From the IMG/VR virus record IMGVR_UViG_3300005764_000020, positions 1 to 59,935 of that record: a DNA stretch of 59,935 nt. One strand, written 5' to 3'. Origin of the DNA: a virus. Taxonomy: Duplodnaviria > Caudoviricetes. Position numbers and translations under genes: made by a program. The notes under the pieces are model-generated. The model was not told where the DNA came from and did no database searches. It was given only the letters and a program-made list of their open reading frames with translations. Shown piece after piece: positions 27,042 through 36,838 of this stretch. Position 1 is the stretch's first letter, and each line of letters opens with the position of its first letter.

Positions 27042-29164
27042 TTCTTTCCATTCAGTTGCTGACAGATCGTTCCGCAGCCACAGCCACCCTGGCCATAGTT
27101 CGTGCATCCACAGATCTGGAAGCCTGCGGCTGCGCGGGTGTCCATCCCGACATGGACATGCGAGTTTCCGCCCTGGTTGTAAACGTAGCCGATGACGTCG
27201 TACTTCTTGACATGATCGCCAGGCGATGGTCGTCCGCCATCCATGAGGTGGCCAAACCAGTAGTGAATCCCGCTGCCCCCGAAGGCTGCGAGCGAAGCGC
27301 CACCCTGTGCCGAGCCCCAGTAGTCAATCACTAGGTCTTCAGGCGCATGAATCGGCGTACCAGCATTCGCCATGATGTCCACGGCCACGTGAGTTTCGAG
27401 GTTGTCGGTGATATGCGAGATGTACTGATCACAGAGCGGTGCTTTCCCGTTGATGACGATACCAAGATCGTACGGGCCACCACGCGGATCTTCCTTGGCG
27501 CCCTTCGACCCTGGTAGCTCGCCACCAGTCAGTCCCTGCTGTGACTTCTTACCCTTAGCTTCTGCCTGCGCCTCGGACAGCGGCTTGATCGGCTTCTTCA
27601 ACGTCACCTGGCAGTCGGTGGATCCGATCAGATCCATCTGTACCTCAGTCACCCACCAGAGCCCGTCCCACGGGCCCATCTTGACGAGGTTGAGCGTCTG
27701 CCCAGGGAGCCAGACCCACTGGTCACTAAACGTATTGATAGTGACTGTACCTGTCTTCTTGTTGCGGTCGTAATCGCCGTCGATGTAACCAATGTCGTCG
27801 GTCTCAAATTCCTGGATGTCATCAGACCCAACAGTGAAGAAGTCGTCGGATGGACGGAAGTGAAGCTCGTCCCAGACCATGAACTTGTACCAGTTCACTT
27901 CGTTGGCCATCCGCTCGATACAGTCCCAGCTGTTCTCCTTCGTCCAGGCTGAGCGTCCGGTCGTGTTCTTCGGCGAGCCTCGATGCCACTGCTGCGAGGA
28001 TGTATCGCCCGAGGCCAGCGACCAGTTGGGAGGGATGGCGAATGGATCCTGCGAGTCGCCTGCGCCTACGGTTGCTCCCGAATCTGGATTGGCTGGATCA
28101 ACGTGCTTCCTGATATCTTCGCCGCTGTAGCCCCAGGCATCAACAATCTTCTCAGCCTCATTCCGGTATTGACCGACGTATTTGGTATACTTCCCTAGTG
28201 AACTATCCATCTGGAAGTTCCAGCCAGAGTTTTGTGTCTTGGTGCCTAGTTCCTCGTAGCTGATGTTCGGATATTGCTTATCGACTGCTATGGCTGCGCG
28301 GAAGTACGCACCGGCATCCTTCGCTACATCTCGACTCGCGGGCCAGCCGAAGGAGTGGAACTGCTGGAATACTCCGATAGGCCCATCCGGACACATCCCA
28401 TACTTCTGGACACACTCGTAGTTGGTGATCGACGACTCGCCTATCGCCGTCATGATCGAAGCGACCATGATCTTGCGTCGCACCTTCATCCCTGCGCCTG
28501 TGTCAAGGATCGCGTTGATGTTCTTCAGTTGGTCAGCCCTCGGCTTCAGAGTCTTGATCCGAACATTGAACTTCGCGCTCGGCTTGAACGGCACTGCTGG
28601 GGTGTAGGGATTCGGGTGTTGCGAGATGCCTTGGAGGTTGTCGCTCACTCGCGTCTTAGCCCCAGGCCGCCCAACGCAGGGGCCGTTGTAGTCGAGACGC
28701 GGATCCTTCGCCTGCGCTTCCATGACCAACCGCCAGACAAACTCGCAGCGATTCAGCTTGCCCTTGTCCACGAGCAATTTCTTGTTGAACGACTTGAGAA
28801 TCTGTACATGGCGATCCTCGAACACGAGCGTCAGTAGCTCACCCTGCTTCGATACCGACGCAAGCCGCCACCAGGCTTCATGTTGGGTGTAGAAGATCCG
28901 GATGTCGGTATGAGTGCCGAGGTAGCCGCTGCGGAGGAGCTTGCGACTCGGATCAACAACCTGAATCGTCACTTTGTGCGAACCTTCTGTCGTGAGATCC
29001 ATCTTGGCAGAGACTACATTGTCCCGAATATCATATTCAGGATTGCCGGTGTAGTAGAGGATGACCGACGACAGATCCTGCCCAGTCGGCAGCATAGGCG
29101 CGTACTTGATATCCGACTTAATTGTCGGATGAGCTACTCCTCCGTCTGTCTTCGGGGCTGCCAT
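27038..29164 (-). CDS. Baseplate hub fused to lysozyme-like and M23 peptidase domains
   Basis: ENSWDCIERMA...LHF hub motif; TAIGES...GVFQQ; HVAVDI...GHL...HVHVG. Confidence 0.75.
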   Translation of the reverse strand: MAAPKTDGGVAHPTIKSDIKYAPMLPTGQDLSSVILYYTGNPEYDIRDNVVSAKMDLTTEGSHKVTIQVVDPSRKLLRSGYLGTHTDIRIFYTQHEAWWRLASVSKQGELLTLVFEDRHVQILKSFNKKLLVDKGKLNRCEFVWRLVMEAQAKDPRLDYNGPCVGRPGAKTRVSDNLQGISQHPNPYTPAVPFKPSAKFNVRIKTLKPRADQLKNINAILDTGAGMKVRRKIMVASIMTAIGESSITNYECVQKYGMCPDGPIGVFQQFHSFGWPASRDVAKDAGAYFRAAIAVDKQYPNISYEELGTKTQNSGWNFQMDSSLGKYTKYVGQYRNEAEKIVDAWGYSGEDIRKHVDPANPDSGATVGAGDSQDPFAIPPNWSLASGDTSSQQWHRGSPKNTTGRSAWTKENSWDCIERMANEVNWYKFMVWDELHFRPSDDFFTVGSDDIQEFETDDIGYIDGDYDRNKKTGTVTINTFSDQWVWLPGQTLNLVKMGPWDGLWWVTEVQMDLIGSTDCQVTLKKPIKPLSEAQAEAKGKKSQQGLTGGELPGSKGAKEDPRGGPYDLGIVINGKAPLCDQYISHITDNLETHVAVDIMANAGTPIHAPEDLVIDYWGSAQGGASLAAFGGSGIHYWFGHLMDGGRPSPGDHVKKYDVIGYVYNQGGNSHVHVGMDTRAAAGFQICGCTNYGQGGCGCGTICQQLNGKK

Positions 29165-29895
29165 TATGCCGCCGGTAGCTTCAATTTGACGCCGCCAGGA
29201 TACTTGTAGAAGGGATCACGCAGGCCATTGATGTCAGCGATGTCATGCCAAAGGTCGTAGTCACCTAGCTGCCGCGCGGCGATGGTCGTCAAGGTGTCGC
29301 CCTCTCGCGTCGTGTATGTGGTGCTGTAACCCGAGACAGTCGAAGGATCAATAGCGTAGCCGTAGCCAGTTCGCACATACTCATGCGTGTTCTTACTCTT
29401 GTGCTTCGACTTACGCTGTACCTTCTTGGTCGCTGAGACCTTTGCGATGTCAGCAGTGACGTATTGCATCAGATGAACGATCAAGTGCTGCCGGACGAGA
29501 GTACCGCCGATCTTGCGCATCGTTTCGCCCCAGCTGATGTCGTCAATCACCCAGACCTTATCCGTGTGCGGAACATGCCCAGTGATCTTCACCGTTGGTG
29601 GCGGATCGTTGAACTTCGCTCCGACCGCCATCTGCTGGATCGTCTTAACTGCTGCCTCGACGCTCGTGTCATCGCTGAACCCGTCAAACAGGATCGGTAG
29701 ATCCATCTTGAATGGCTTTGGCCCAGTGAAGATCGTCAGCGAACGTCTCCGCGCCCGATCCTGCTCTGTCCAGCCACCATACCCTTGGGTGACTGTTGCG
29801 GTGTCGTTATCGAGTAACGCTACGACGCGCAGGTTCGGCTTGAAGCTCACGAAGGTGATCAGCTGTGCCGGGGAGATACCTTGTGCAGTGCTCAT
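29164..29895 (-). CDS. LysM-domain tail tube initiator-like protein
   Basis: REGDTLTTIAARQLGD...W.DIADINGL; DPPPTV; follows tape measure. Confidence 0.8.
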   Translation of the reverse strand: MSTAQGISPAQLITFVSFKPNLRVVALLDNDTATVTQGYGGWTEQDRARRRSLTIFTGPKPFKMDLPILFDGFSDDTSVEAAVKTIQQMAVGAKFNDPPPTVKITGHVPHTDKVWVIDDISWGETMRKIGGTLVRQHLIVHLMQYVTADIAKVSATKKVQRKSKHKSKNTHEYVRTGYGYAIDPSTVSGYSTTYTTREGDTLTTIAARQLGDYDLWHDIADINGLRDPFYKYPGGVKLKLPAA

Positions 29896-32030
29896 GCTGC
29901 TCCCATCCCTGCCTGCGTCGTCAAGATGATGTCAGCGGTGTACTGCGCGATCACGTTGCCGTCGATGCTGAGCGGAATCAGTGCCTGGAGCTTGGGTGCG
30001 CCGACGCGCTTCTTGTCGATGTTACGATCAAGGCGCGACAGCGGCTGCACTTGAGCCCCTGTCGGCAGGAACACCGTCTCTGGGCCATGCTCGCCAACGA
30101 ACGCGAGGCCACCTTGCATGATCGTGCCTCCCTGGGCGACGCCTGGGATGTGCGGGATCTTCGGCACATCTCCGGTCGCCCAGCCAAACACTTGATTGTA
30201 TGCGCTGGTCGCCCAATTGATCTTGTCGATCACCCAGTTAAGGCCGTTGATGATCCAGTTGACTGCGCCTCGGACGATCCCTATCAAGGTGCTGAACGCT
30301 GTCGAAAATGCCGACGCCACAAGATTGGCGATGCTCACCGCTGTACCGGAGATAGCGTCCCAGGCGTTCTCCATCCAGTGGAAGAAGTCCCAGAACCATT
30401 TCTTGACTGTGCCCCAGTGACTGATGATCAAGAGGGCTGCGGCGATAAACGGGAACGCAAAGGAGTACGCGATGGCGAGCCCGTCGAGGATCGCCTGCTT
30501 GAGGTTGTGGTAGTGCTTATTGAGTTCGTAGATCGTCAAGATCAGAAGCGTGAACCCGATGATCAGCGCTCCGATTGGGTTCGCGTCCATCGCAATATTC
30601 AGGAGCCATTGAGCGGCCGTCAAAGCTCGGGTCGCGAGCATCGTCGCCCAGACCTGTACTTTGAACAGGAACATAGCCGCTGCAGTGCTATCAGTTGCTC
30701 CAGTGAGGAAGTATTGAGCGATGCCTAGTGCAATCACTGCACCATCATACACCGCCATGGCGAATTGCAGGAGACGCATCACGATCAGGCCGCCCCACAT
30801 TGCCATATTCCAGCTTTCCTGGGCGATAGTCGCGACCACCGTCCAGAACGCCTGCAACATCAACTTAATGATCCAGGCATCGATCAGGTACTTGATGAAG
30901 TCTACGTTCTTCGCAAACGGCCCCAGCACCGTATTGATAGCCCAGAGCAAGATGCCGGAAAGAAGCAAGAACATACCAATGGCGACTTTGAGAGTCGGGA
31001 GAACATTTTTTGATATAATCGCCCAGATGTTCTCGAACTCAGTCTTGATCCCCTTGAGGTAGAAGGTAAGTGTCCCGCCAGCGCCGATCAGGCTGTCGAT
31101 GTAGTCAATCGTCTTCCAGGTGACTGCGCCGGTCTTGCTCATCGTGCCGTGAATGCCCTCTAGCGACTTGTTGAGCCGATCGAACATATGCGTCACGCCG
31201 GTGAATGCGCCCTGCATAACACCGCCCATGAACTGCGCTAGGTAGTCCTTGAGCGTTGACCACTCGCCCATGAACGTCTTAGCCTGCTTCGCGGCCATGC
31301 CATGGAAGTTACGGTTCAGTTCATTCATGATTGCCGCGATACCGACATCCGACGGGATCGCTAGCTGGCCCTTCATGAACTGCGTGATCTGTGCCTGCGT
31401 CAGATGTAGCTGATGACGCAGGGCTCCAAACACCGGGACACCTGCTTGCTGCAGCTGACGCATGTCCTGACCGAGGAGACGGCCGGATTGATGAATCTGA
31501 CCGAAGACAATTGCTAGGTGGGCGATCTGATCGCCGGTCAGGCCGAAGGCCGAGATGGTATCGGCAAGGATCGGCAGCATCTTATTGGTCTCTTTGAGCG
31601 AGAAGCCGAACGCGAGCAGCTGCCGCGTGGTCGTCAAGATGTTGGCGAAGGTGAACGGCGTATGCGCCGCGAGGGTGAATAGGCTCTCGACTTCCCGGTG
31701 AGCGAGCTTAGCATTGCCGAGCAGCGCAGTGAACGCTAGCTGGCTCTGCTGCATCGTGTTGTCGTACTGGAAGCCGAGCGCGACGAGCCCAGCACCAGCA
31801 GCGACCATTGCCAGGGTAAAGCCGTAAGCGAAACGCCGGGCAGTGAAGAGCATTTGGCTAAGGAACCAGCCCTGCTTACGGCTGGCCCGCTCCGTTGATA
31901 CGCCCAGGCCAGCTGTCGTGGCATCGAGTTTGCCTAGCGCTGCATCGACAACCCCAATTTCGGCGGCAGACTTACCAGTGCCGACCGTCTGGACGCCAAT
32001 CAGGATTTCGTCTCGCTCCATGAATGCCAT
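29892..32030 (-). CDS. Tape measure protein
   Basis: AAHTPF..., LLAFG, TFMGEWSTLKD, ANPIG, VGEHGPE. Confidence 0.9.
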   Translation of the reverse strand: MAFMERDEILIGVQTVGTGKSAAEIGVVDAALGKLDATTAGLGVSTERASRKQGWFLSQMLFTARRFAYGFTLAMVAAGAGLVALGFQYDNTMQQSQLAFTALLGNAKLAHREVESLFTLAAHTPFTFANILTTTRQLLAFGFSLKETNKMLPILADTISAFGLTGDQIAHLAIVFGQIHQSGRLLGQDMRQLQQAGVPVFGALRHQLHLTQAQITQFMKGQLAIPSDVGIAAIMNELNRNFHGMAAKQAKTFMGEWSTLKDYLAQFMGGVMQGAFTGVTHMFDRLNKSLEGIHGTMSKTGAVTWKTIDYIDSLIGAGGTLTFYLKGIKTEFENIWAIISKNVLPTLKVAIGMFLLLSGILLWAINTVLGPFAKNVDFIKYLIDAWIIKLMLQAFWTVVATIAQESWNMAMWGGLIVMRLLQFAMAVYDGAVIALGIAQYFLTGATDSTAAAMFLFKVQVWATMLATRALTAAQWLLNIAMDANPIGALIIGFTLLILTIYELNKHYHNLKQAILDGLAIAYSFAFPFIAAALLIISHWGTVKKWFWDFFHWMENAWDAISGTAVSIANLVASAFSTAFSTLIGIVRGAVNWIINGLNWVIDKINWATSAYNQVFGWATGDVPKIPHIPGVAQGGTIMQGGLAFVGEHGPETVFLPTGAQVQPLSRLDRNIDKKRVGAPKLQALIPLSIDGNVIAQYTADIILTTQAGMGAA

Positions 32031-32256
32031 TACTTAGCCCCGAACAGTTTCCCGATCTTGTTGGTGATGCGGTTCGCCAGATCCTCGTTGATCTTCGACA
32101 TCCGAAGCTCCAGAGCACGAACCGCAACAATCTGCATAATGCCTACTTCCTCCCGGTCGCTACTGTTGAGTAGTCTGAACGGATCGAGACCAGCGAGCAA
32201 GACTTGCGCCGCTTGCGTTATCTCGTCACTGGTCTCTATCTCCCCAAGAAAGTTTC
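32030..32256 (-). CDS. Tail assembly chaperone -1 frameshift extension
   Basis: Frame open from just before the chaperone stop to a TAA overlapping the tape measure ATG; no start codon at its 5' end. Confidence 0.6.
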
Positions 32257-32790
32257 ATCAACTCCTTTCGACGTGTCTGCCATCCAACGGCTGAGCGTGA
32301 TCCCGTGAGCCATGATGGCCGCATCGTTCTCTCGGAACACTTTGTAGACGAGATCACGAGCCGTCTCAGTTGAGAGGTTGAGCATCTCGGCTGTACGCGG
32401 ATCGCTGAACGTAACAGCGATCACCGCCGGATCACCAATCTCGTGATCTGGGTCTAGCGGCACCAGCTGCTTGTCCGAATCCTCGATGTCAAAGTTACGG
32501 TAGTACAACCCGATGTTCGCAGCGACAAGCAGATCGACCGTCGCCCAGATGTTCTGTTCGTGAATCTCATTGAACTGTCGTTGTGCCCGCTTGCCTAGCT
32601 CGGCTACGAGTCGGCCGGGAATGATCTTGTAGCGAGCGACAAATTGATCGCGGTAGCCCGGAATGTTGATGTCAGCCGTGTCGGGTGCTTCGGCCTCCCG
32701 CTCAGAGCGCAGTTTATCCATCATCGACTGCATGAGCGGATTCCGGGCTACCGGGTCAAGGGCTTCCTCGTGGAAGTCGTTGTCAGACAT
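32236..32790 (-). CDS. Tail assembly chaperone
   Basis: Between tube and tape measure; GGAGGGAG RBS. Confidence 0.7.
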   Translation of the reverse strand: MSDNDFHEEALDPVARNPLMQSMMDKLRSEREAEAPDTADINIPGYRDQFVARYKIIPGRLVAELGKRAQRQFNEIHEQNIWATVDLLVAANIGLYYRNFDIEDSDKQLVPLDPDHEIGDPAVIAVTFSDPRTAEMLNLSTETARDLVYKVFRENDAAIMAHGITLSRWMADTSKGVDETFLGR

Positions 32791-32816
32791 TGCTCCCTCC
32801 CGTACTTGTTCCATGA

Positions 32817-33278
32817 TTAGCCGACGTGCGGATCGCCGTCGGGAGTGATCTCGATTTCGATGATGCCGGGATCACTTGACGTCGAGTCGTGCTCAGGCGG
32901 CGACACACGCTTGAGCTTACCCGAGTAGTTGAGGGGCTTTCCGTACGTGTTCCCGTCGATGTCCATCGGCAGCTTGTGAACCTCGATGGTCGCCTTGCCG
33001 ACCTGCGCAAGCAGCAGGTTGAGGCGGTCGTGATCGCGCTGCAGACGGTACAGCCGCTTACAGACGATGTTGCCGGGGTTGCGGTGGCCGCCCAGCGACA
33101 CCTGTGGGGCCATACCGCCTGGCCAGTACTTGGCCTCGTCCGAGTCTAGTTCCCCGCCTGTCAAGCCGTCCCAGACGCCGAGGTCAGTCGTGGCGTCACC
33201 CTTGCCCGCCACCGCATGCTTCATGACCACGGTAACGGTATAGGTGTCCTTGCGGGTTGGGCCTCCCTTTGATGCCAT
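32817..33278 (-). CDS. Tail tube protein
   Basis: 153 aa directly after sheath; WDGLTGGE....KYWPGGM. Confidence 0.75.
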   Translation of the reverse strand: MASKGGPTRKDTYTVTVVMKHAVAGKGDATTDLGVWDGLTGGELDSDEAKYWPGGMAPQVSLGGHRNPGNIVCKRLYRLQRDHDRLNLLLAQVGKATIEVHKLPMDIDGNTYGKPLNYSGKLKRVSPPEHDSTSSDPGIIEIEITPDGDPHVG

Positions 33279-33289
33279 TGTTCACCTCC

Positions 33290-34738
33290 TCACAGGATGT
33301 CGGTGATCAGCCGCTTGACGATTTCGATCACGACGAGTTCTGCGAACGGGCTCATCTTGACTCGCAGCACTGCGTGAAGCTCGCCAGCAGAGATGGTCTC
33401 TGGGGTGTTGACTGACGGGCCCACATCGACCGCAAACGCGGCGTCAGGGGAGTCACCGTACAACGACCCCTCGTTGTAGAACACGTTCAGCATGGAGGCC
33501 AGGGCTCCACCGAACGCACCGATGGTCACTCCCTTGCCGTCGATCTGGCTGAACACGTAGTTCTCGCCAACGGCATCCGCCTGCGCGACGATTGCCATGT
33601 AGAGACGAGCGTTGCTGAACTGGAGCCAGTTCGGATCCAGGTTGGGATCGGTCAGCGTCCGGTAACCGTACGCCATGATCCCGCCGAACTGCTGGACGGC
33701 CATGTTGACGCCAGTGCTGTTCAACTCCTCCCGATCTGCGTCGCTAAACTTCGGCTGCGACAGCGCGATGGGGTAGAGAGCTTGACCATACTGGATGCCG
33801 GCAGCCGCGATGTTCGGGCTGTTAGCGGCGTCGTTACGAGCGATGATCCCGGCCTCAATTGCCGACCAGGGCACTGTCCGTGTCGTACCGGCGATGATGC
33901 CTGGCACGACTGCCCAAGGCGCAAAGAACGCTGCGTGCCTCGCGTTCGGCACTCCGCGTAGGCCCATGGCGACGGACTTGAGTGTTGCCTTCGATCCCGA
34001 GTCCGTGCCGTCGATCAGAGCCACGCGATTGAACGTCGCGGCGTGAGCCATCAGGTTCGCCTGCGCTGCCGGTGTCGTGCGGCCGGGCATCGCGACCTGG
34101 CCTGGGCCGAGATCATTCGTGAACTTGCCGAGTGCGGTCGTCCAGTTCGCCTCGGTGATGTTGGTGTTGTCGTCTGTCCCGCCCGTCAGCGGCGTAGCAG
34201 CGACGACTGCCGGATCGCTCGGGGTGACGGCAACGTCTACCAGGTCGATGTAGTCGCTCGCATACGACCAGTTGATCGCGTCGGCCTCGTCTGTCAGATC
34301 CCTCGACAGTTCCAAGATGTTGCCAGAAGCGTCGCTAACCTGGAGCACGAACGTACCGCCGACCGAGCCCTGGATGACAGCGATGCGCAGGTTGTTGCCC
34401 CATGAACCAGGACTGTTGGCGATCACCTGGAGCGTGTTTTGGTTGCCTCCGTCCTTGAGCATGACAGTTGCGTTCACCGGCGCAGGCCCGACGACGCGGG
34501 CGACGTACGCATTGCTGCCGCCTTCCTTGTAGAAACAGTCCATCGCATCCCACAGATAGCTGTAGGTCACGCGAGCGCCGAACAGCCGCTCAAACTCAGC
34601 CATGCTACGAACGCGCACAGCCTGGGTGGCATCGCCCTGAGCCGCAGGCCCGACAGCAAAGAACACCCCGGTGTCAGTCGGTGGTGTTCTTGCTGGCGCA
34701 ACCTCGACCAGAGAGATCTCAACTCCCGGCCTCGGCAT
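33290..34738 (-). CDS. Contractile tail sheath protein
   Basis: MPRPGVEI, FFAVG.A.QG, SPGSWGN, GGTD, LNSTGVN, YGYRTL, SPFAELVVIEI. Confidence 0.92.
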   Translation of the reverse strand: MPRPGVEISLVEVAPARTPPTDTGVFFAVGPAAQGDATQAVRVRSMAEFERLFGARVTYSYLWDAMDCFYKEGGSNAYVARVVGPAPVNATVMLKDGGNQNTLQVIANSPGSWGNNLRIAVIQGSVGGTFVLQVSDASGNILELSRDLTDEADAINWSYASDYIDLVDVAVTPSDPAVVAATPLTGGTDDNTNITEANWTTALGKFTNDLGPGQVAMPGRTTPAAQANLMAHAATFNRVALIDGTDSGSKATLKSVAMGLRGVPNARHAAFFAPWAVVPGIIAGTTRTVPWSAIEAGIIARNDAANSPNIAAAGIQYGQALYPIALSQPKFSDADREELNSTGVNMAVQQFGGIMAYGYRTLTDPNLDPNWLQFSNARLYMAIVAQADAVGENYVFSQIDGKGVTIGAFGGALASMLNVFYNEGSLYGDSPDAAFAVDVGPSVNTPETISAGELHAVLRVKMSPFAELVVIEIVKRLITDIL

Positions 34739-34922
34739 TGGTCACCTCCTCCTTCGTCGCTTTGGCCGCCGCTGAAGTCGAGACGAGGTGGCCCGACTCG
34801 ATCAGGGCAGCATTGTGCGAATCTGCTTGCGCTTCCTTGTCCAGATCCACCTCGGCTCCAGGCTCTGCGATGGAGCCGTCAGCTAAGTCGGTGAGCGCAC
34901 CGACGTTAAGGTATTTGGTCAT
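34719..34922 (-). CDS. Small protein upstream of sheath
   Basis: LADG...EPG.EV...LIESGHL. Confidence 0.6.
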   Translation of the reverse strand: MTKYLNVGALTDLADGSIAEPGAEVDLDKEAQADSHNAALIESGHLVSTSAAAKATKEEVTNAEAGS

Positions 34923-35559
34923 CTATCGGCTCCTTCTCGACATCGATGTCAACCTCTTCAACCAACGGCCACTGGCTGCCTGGTTGCGTCGCCGGATCCG
35001 GCGGGTCTGGACTTGGATACGTTCGCGGCCCTCCCATCTTGTTGACGACATCTTCCATCGTTACATCGGCATGTACTGAGACGAGTGTTAGGTTGCGCTC
35101 GCCATCCGGACTCGGCAGATCGCTGTAACTCTCACCCGTCCACTGACTATTGATTGCGAAGCCTCCCAACGTCGGCTTCTGTACGATGATGCCACGTAGC
35201 GCTGCACCATAGAGCTTGGCGACTGCGCGCGTTGATTCCTGGTCGAGCGCTGAGATCAACCCAGTGACAATCATCCGCCAGGTCGCGGTGTACATCCCGT
35301 AACCGTCGTGGTACGGTAGGCCGGTGACCCCCGGCGATTGGACGAGGATGCCTGGCAGCTGGTTCTCGCGCAGCTGCTCCAGTACGCCAGCAACCATGAA
35401 GGAGCGCGGCACTGGCACCTTCCCGCGCTCGCGGCCCAGCTGCAGCTCCATCTCCTGAATGTAGACCGGCATCCAGAGCCTGATATGATCACGCAGAGCT
35501 TCCTCGACTTGATTGGCCGAGACAATGCGATCAAATATGTCAGGCACTGAAATGGCCAC
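34906..35559 (-). CDS. Tail terminator/completion-like protein
   Basis: Synteny before sheath. Confidence 0.5.
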   Translation of the reverse strand: MAISVPDIFDRIVSANQVEEALRDHIRLWMPVYIQEMELQLGRERGKVPVPRSFMVAGVLEQLRENQLPGILVQSPGVTGLPYHDGYGMYTATWRMIVTGLISALDQESTRAVAKLYGAALRGIIVQKPTLGGFAINSQWTGESYSDLPSPDGERNLTLVSVHADVTMEDVVNKMGGPRTYPSPDPPDPATQPGSQWPLVEEVDIDVEKEPIDDQIP

Positions 35560-36106
35560 GCGGCGGTCTCACCCCTTCGCTGCCGAACACCTTGAGAGTG
35601 TAGGCATCCCAGAAATATTGAACGATGATCCGCTCGAACCTGACAACATCACCCGGCACCGATTTGTAGAGCTTCCGAGCCGGAAGGTTGCGGCTGGGTA
35701 CACCTCGATGCTGCGCCTTCGCGTAGGGCACAGTCGTGCCGAGAGCGACAGCCCAGGTATTGGCAGAGCCCTTGATGATCAGTTTGTTCTCAGGGCTGCC
35801 GATCTGAGCCAGGGAGACGTAGAGCCGATGTGTTTCGCCAAACTCGATTCGAGGATCAATCTTCTCACGCGCCTTCTCACGCATGCGCTTTTCGCTCAGC
35901 TTTGTCCAGGAACCACCACCGCGCCTACCCTGGCTCTCAAAAGTCTCCCTCGCGTTGTCAGCCATTTCCTCGCCGATGATCTCCATCGCAGGCCGGAGAT
36001 TTGTCATGGCAGATTCGAGATGAAGGAACTTGGAACGTATCTCTTTGATGCGGCCAGGAGGCAGCTGCTCTACGTGAACGCCGAGAGGTAGCGGGCCTTC
36101 AGCCAT
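35540..36106 (-). CDS. Virion morphogenesis/neck protein (Mu gpG-like)
   Basis: FESQG....W..LS, GTTVPYA..QH.G....LPARK. Confidence 0.75.
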   Translation of the reverse strand: MAEGPLPLGVHVEQLPPGRIKEIRSKFLHLESAMTNLRPAMEIIGEEMADNARETFESQGRRGGGSWTKLSEKRMREKAREKIDPRIEFGETHRLYVSLAQIGSPENKLIIKGSANTWAVALGTTVPYAKAQHRGVPSRNLPARKLYKSVPGDVVRFERIIVQYFWDAYTLKVFGSEGVRPPRGHFSA

Positions 36107-36838
36107 TTACATGCGCGTTCGCCAGCCCACTAGGACTTCAGGGCCTGGGAAAGTCCAGAATGGTTGACCGGGGGTAACTTCAACGCCTGACTCTTCCTCT
36201 AGCTCGCGCCCGACGGCAGTGTTGAGCCATCCGATTGCTTCATCAAACAGCGCGTTGTACTCCGGATAGGGCGAGCGGCCGGTGGCAATCTGCTCGGGGA
36301 AGTAGCTGATCTCAATCAGCTTTGCGGATCGGTAGATGATCGCCTGCTGCGCCCAGCGGTAGGCAGCAACCGGGATGTCAGTGTCGATAGGCGCAGTGAC
36401 ATCGTTCGCTGCCTGTAGAATGATCCGGTTGACTTCCTCGCCGGTAGGCCGCGTCTCATCGTTGAACGTCCCGATCTCATCACCATTGACAGTCTTGGTA
36501 CGAGCCCGCATGATCGCGCCGATGTCTGCCAAAGTGGGCAGATACGGCATCGTCTCATCAGGAACGTTCTGGATCGGAGATGTCGGGATCGCCGTCGAAG
36601 CAGCAGCATCGTGGAAGATAACCTGGTACCAGCCGTTCGGCAGCGTGGCCTGGTCGGTCGTGAAGGCACGCGCCATCGGCTCCGTAGGATCTTCATCGAG
36701 CGGCGAGAGCGGCTGGGTGTCGATCTGAGTCCAGGGCCCAGCCGGGTTGTCGGCTTCCTCAATAACTAGTTGAGTCCAGGGCAGATCATCAAACTTGGGC
36801 GGCGGTGTAAAGTCTTCAAATGTGACGACGTACATCAC
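36107..36838 (-). CDS. Head-tail adaptor-like protein
   Basis: TRPT..EV..II..A...V; A..IE.SYFPEQ; synteny. Confidence 0.6.
   Translation of the reverse strand: MMYVVTFEDFTPPPKFDDLPWTQLVIEEADNPAGPWTQIDTQPLSPLDEDPTEPMARAFTTDQATLPNGWYQVIFHDAAASTAIPTSPIQNVPDETMPYLPTLADIGAIMRARTKTVNGDEIGTFNDETRPTGEEVNRIILQAANDVTAPIDTDIPVAAYRWAQQAIIYRSAKLIEISYFPEQIATGRSPYPEYNALFDEAIGWLNTAVGRELEEESGVEVTPGQPFWTFPGPEVLVGWRTRM

Noticed and set aside
24919-34738. Stand-alone contractile injection system or tailocin
   Set aside because: Terminase, portal, capsid and replication genes are present, so this is a phage tail
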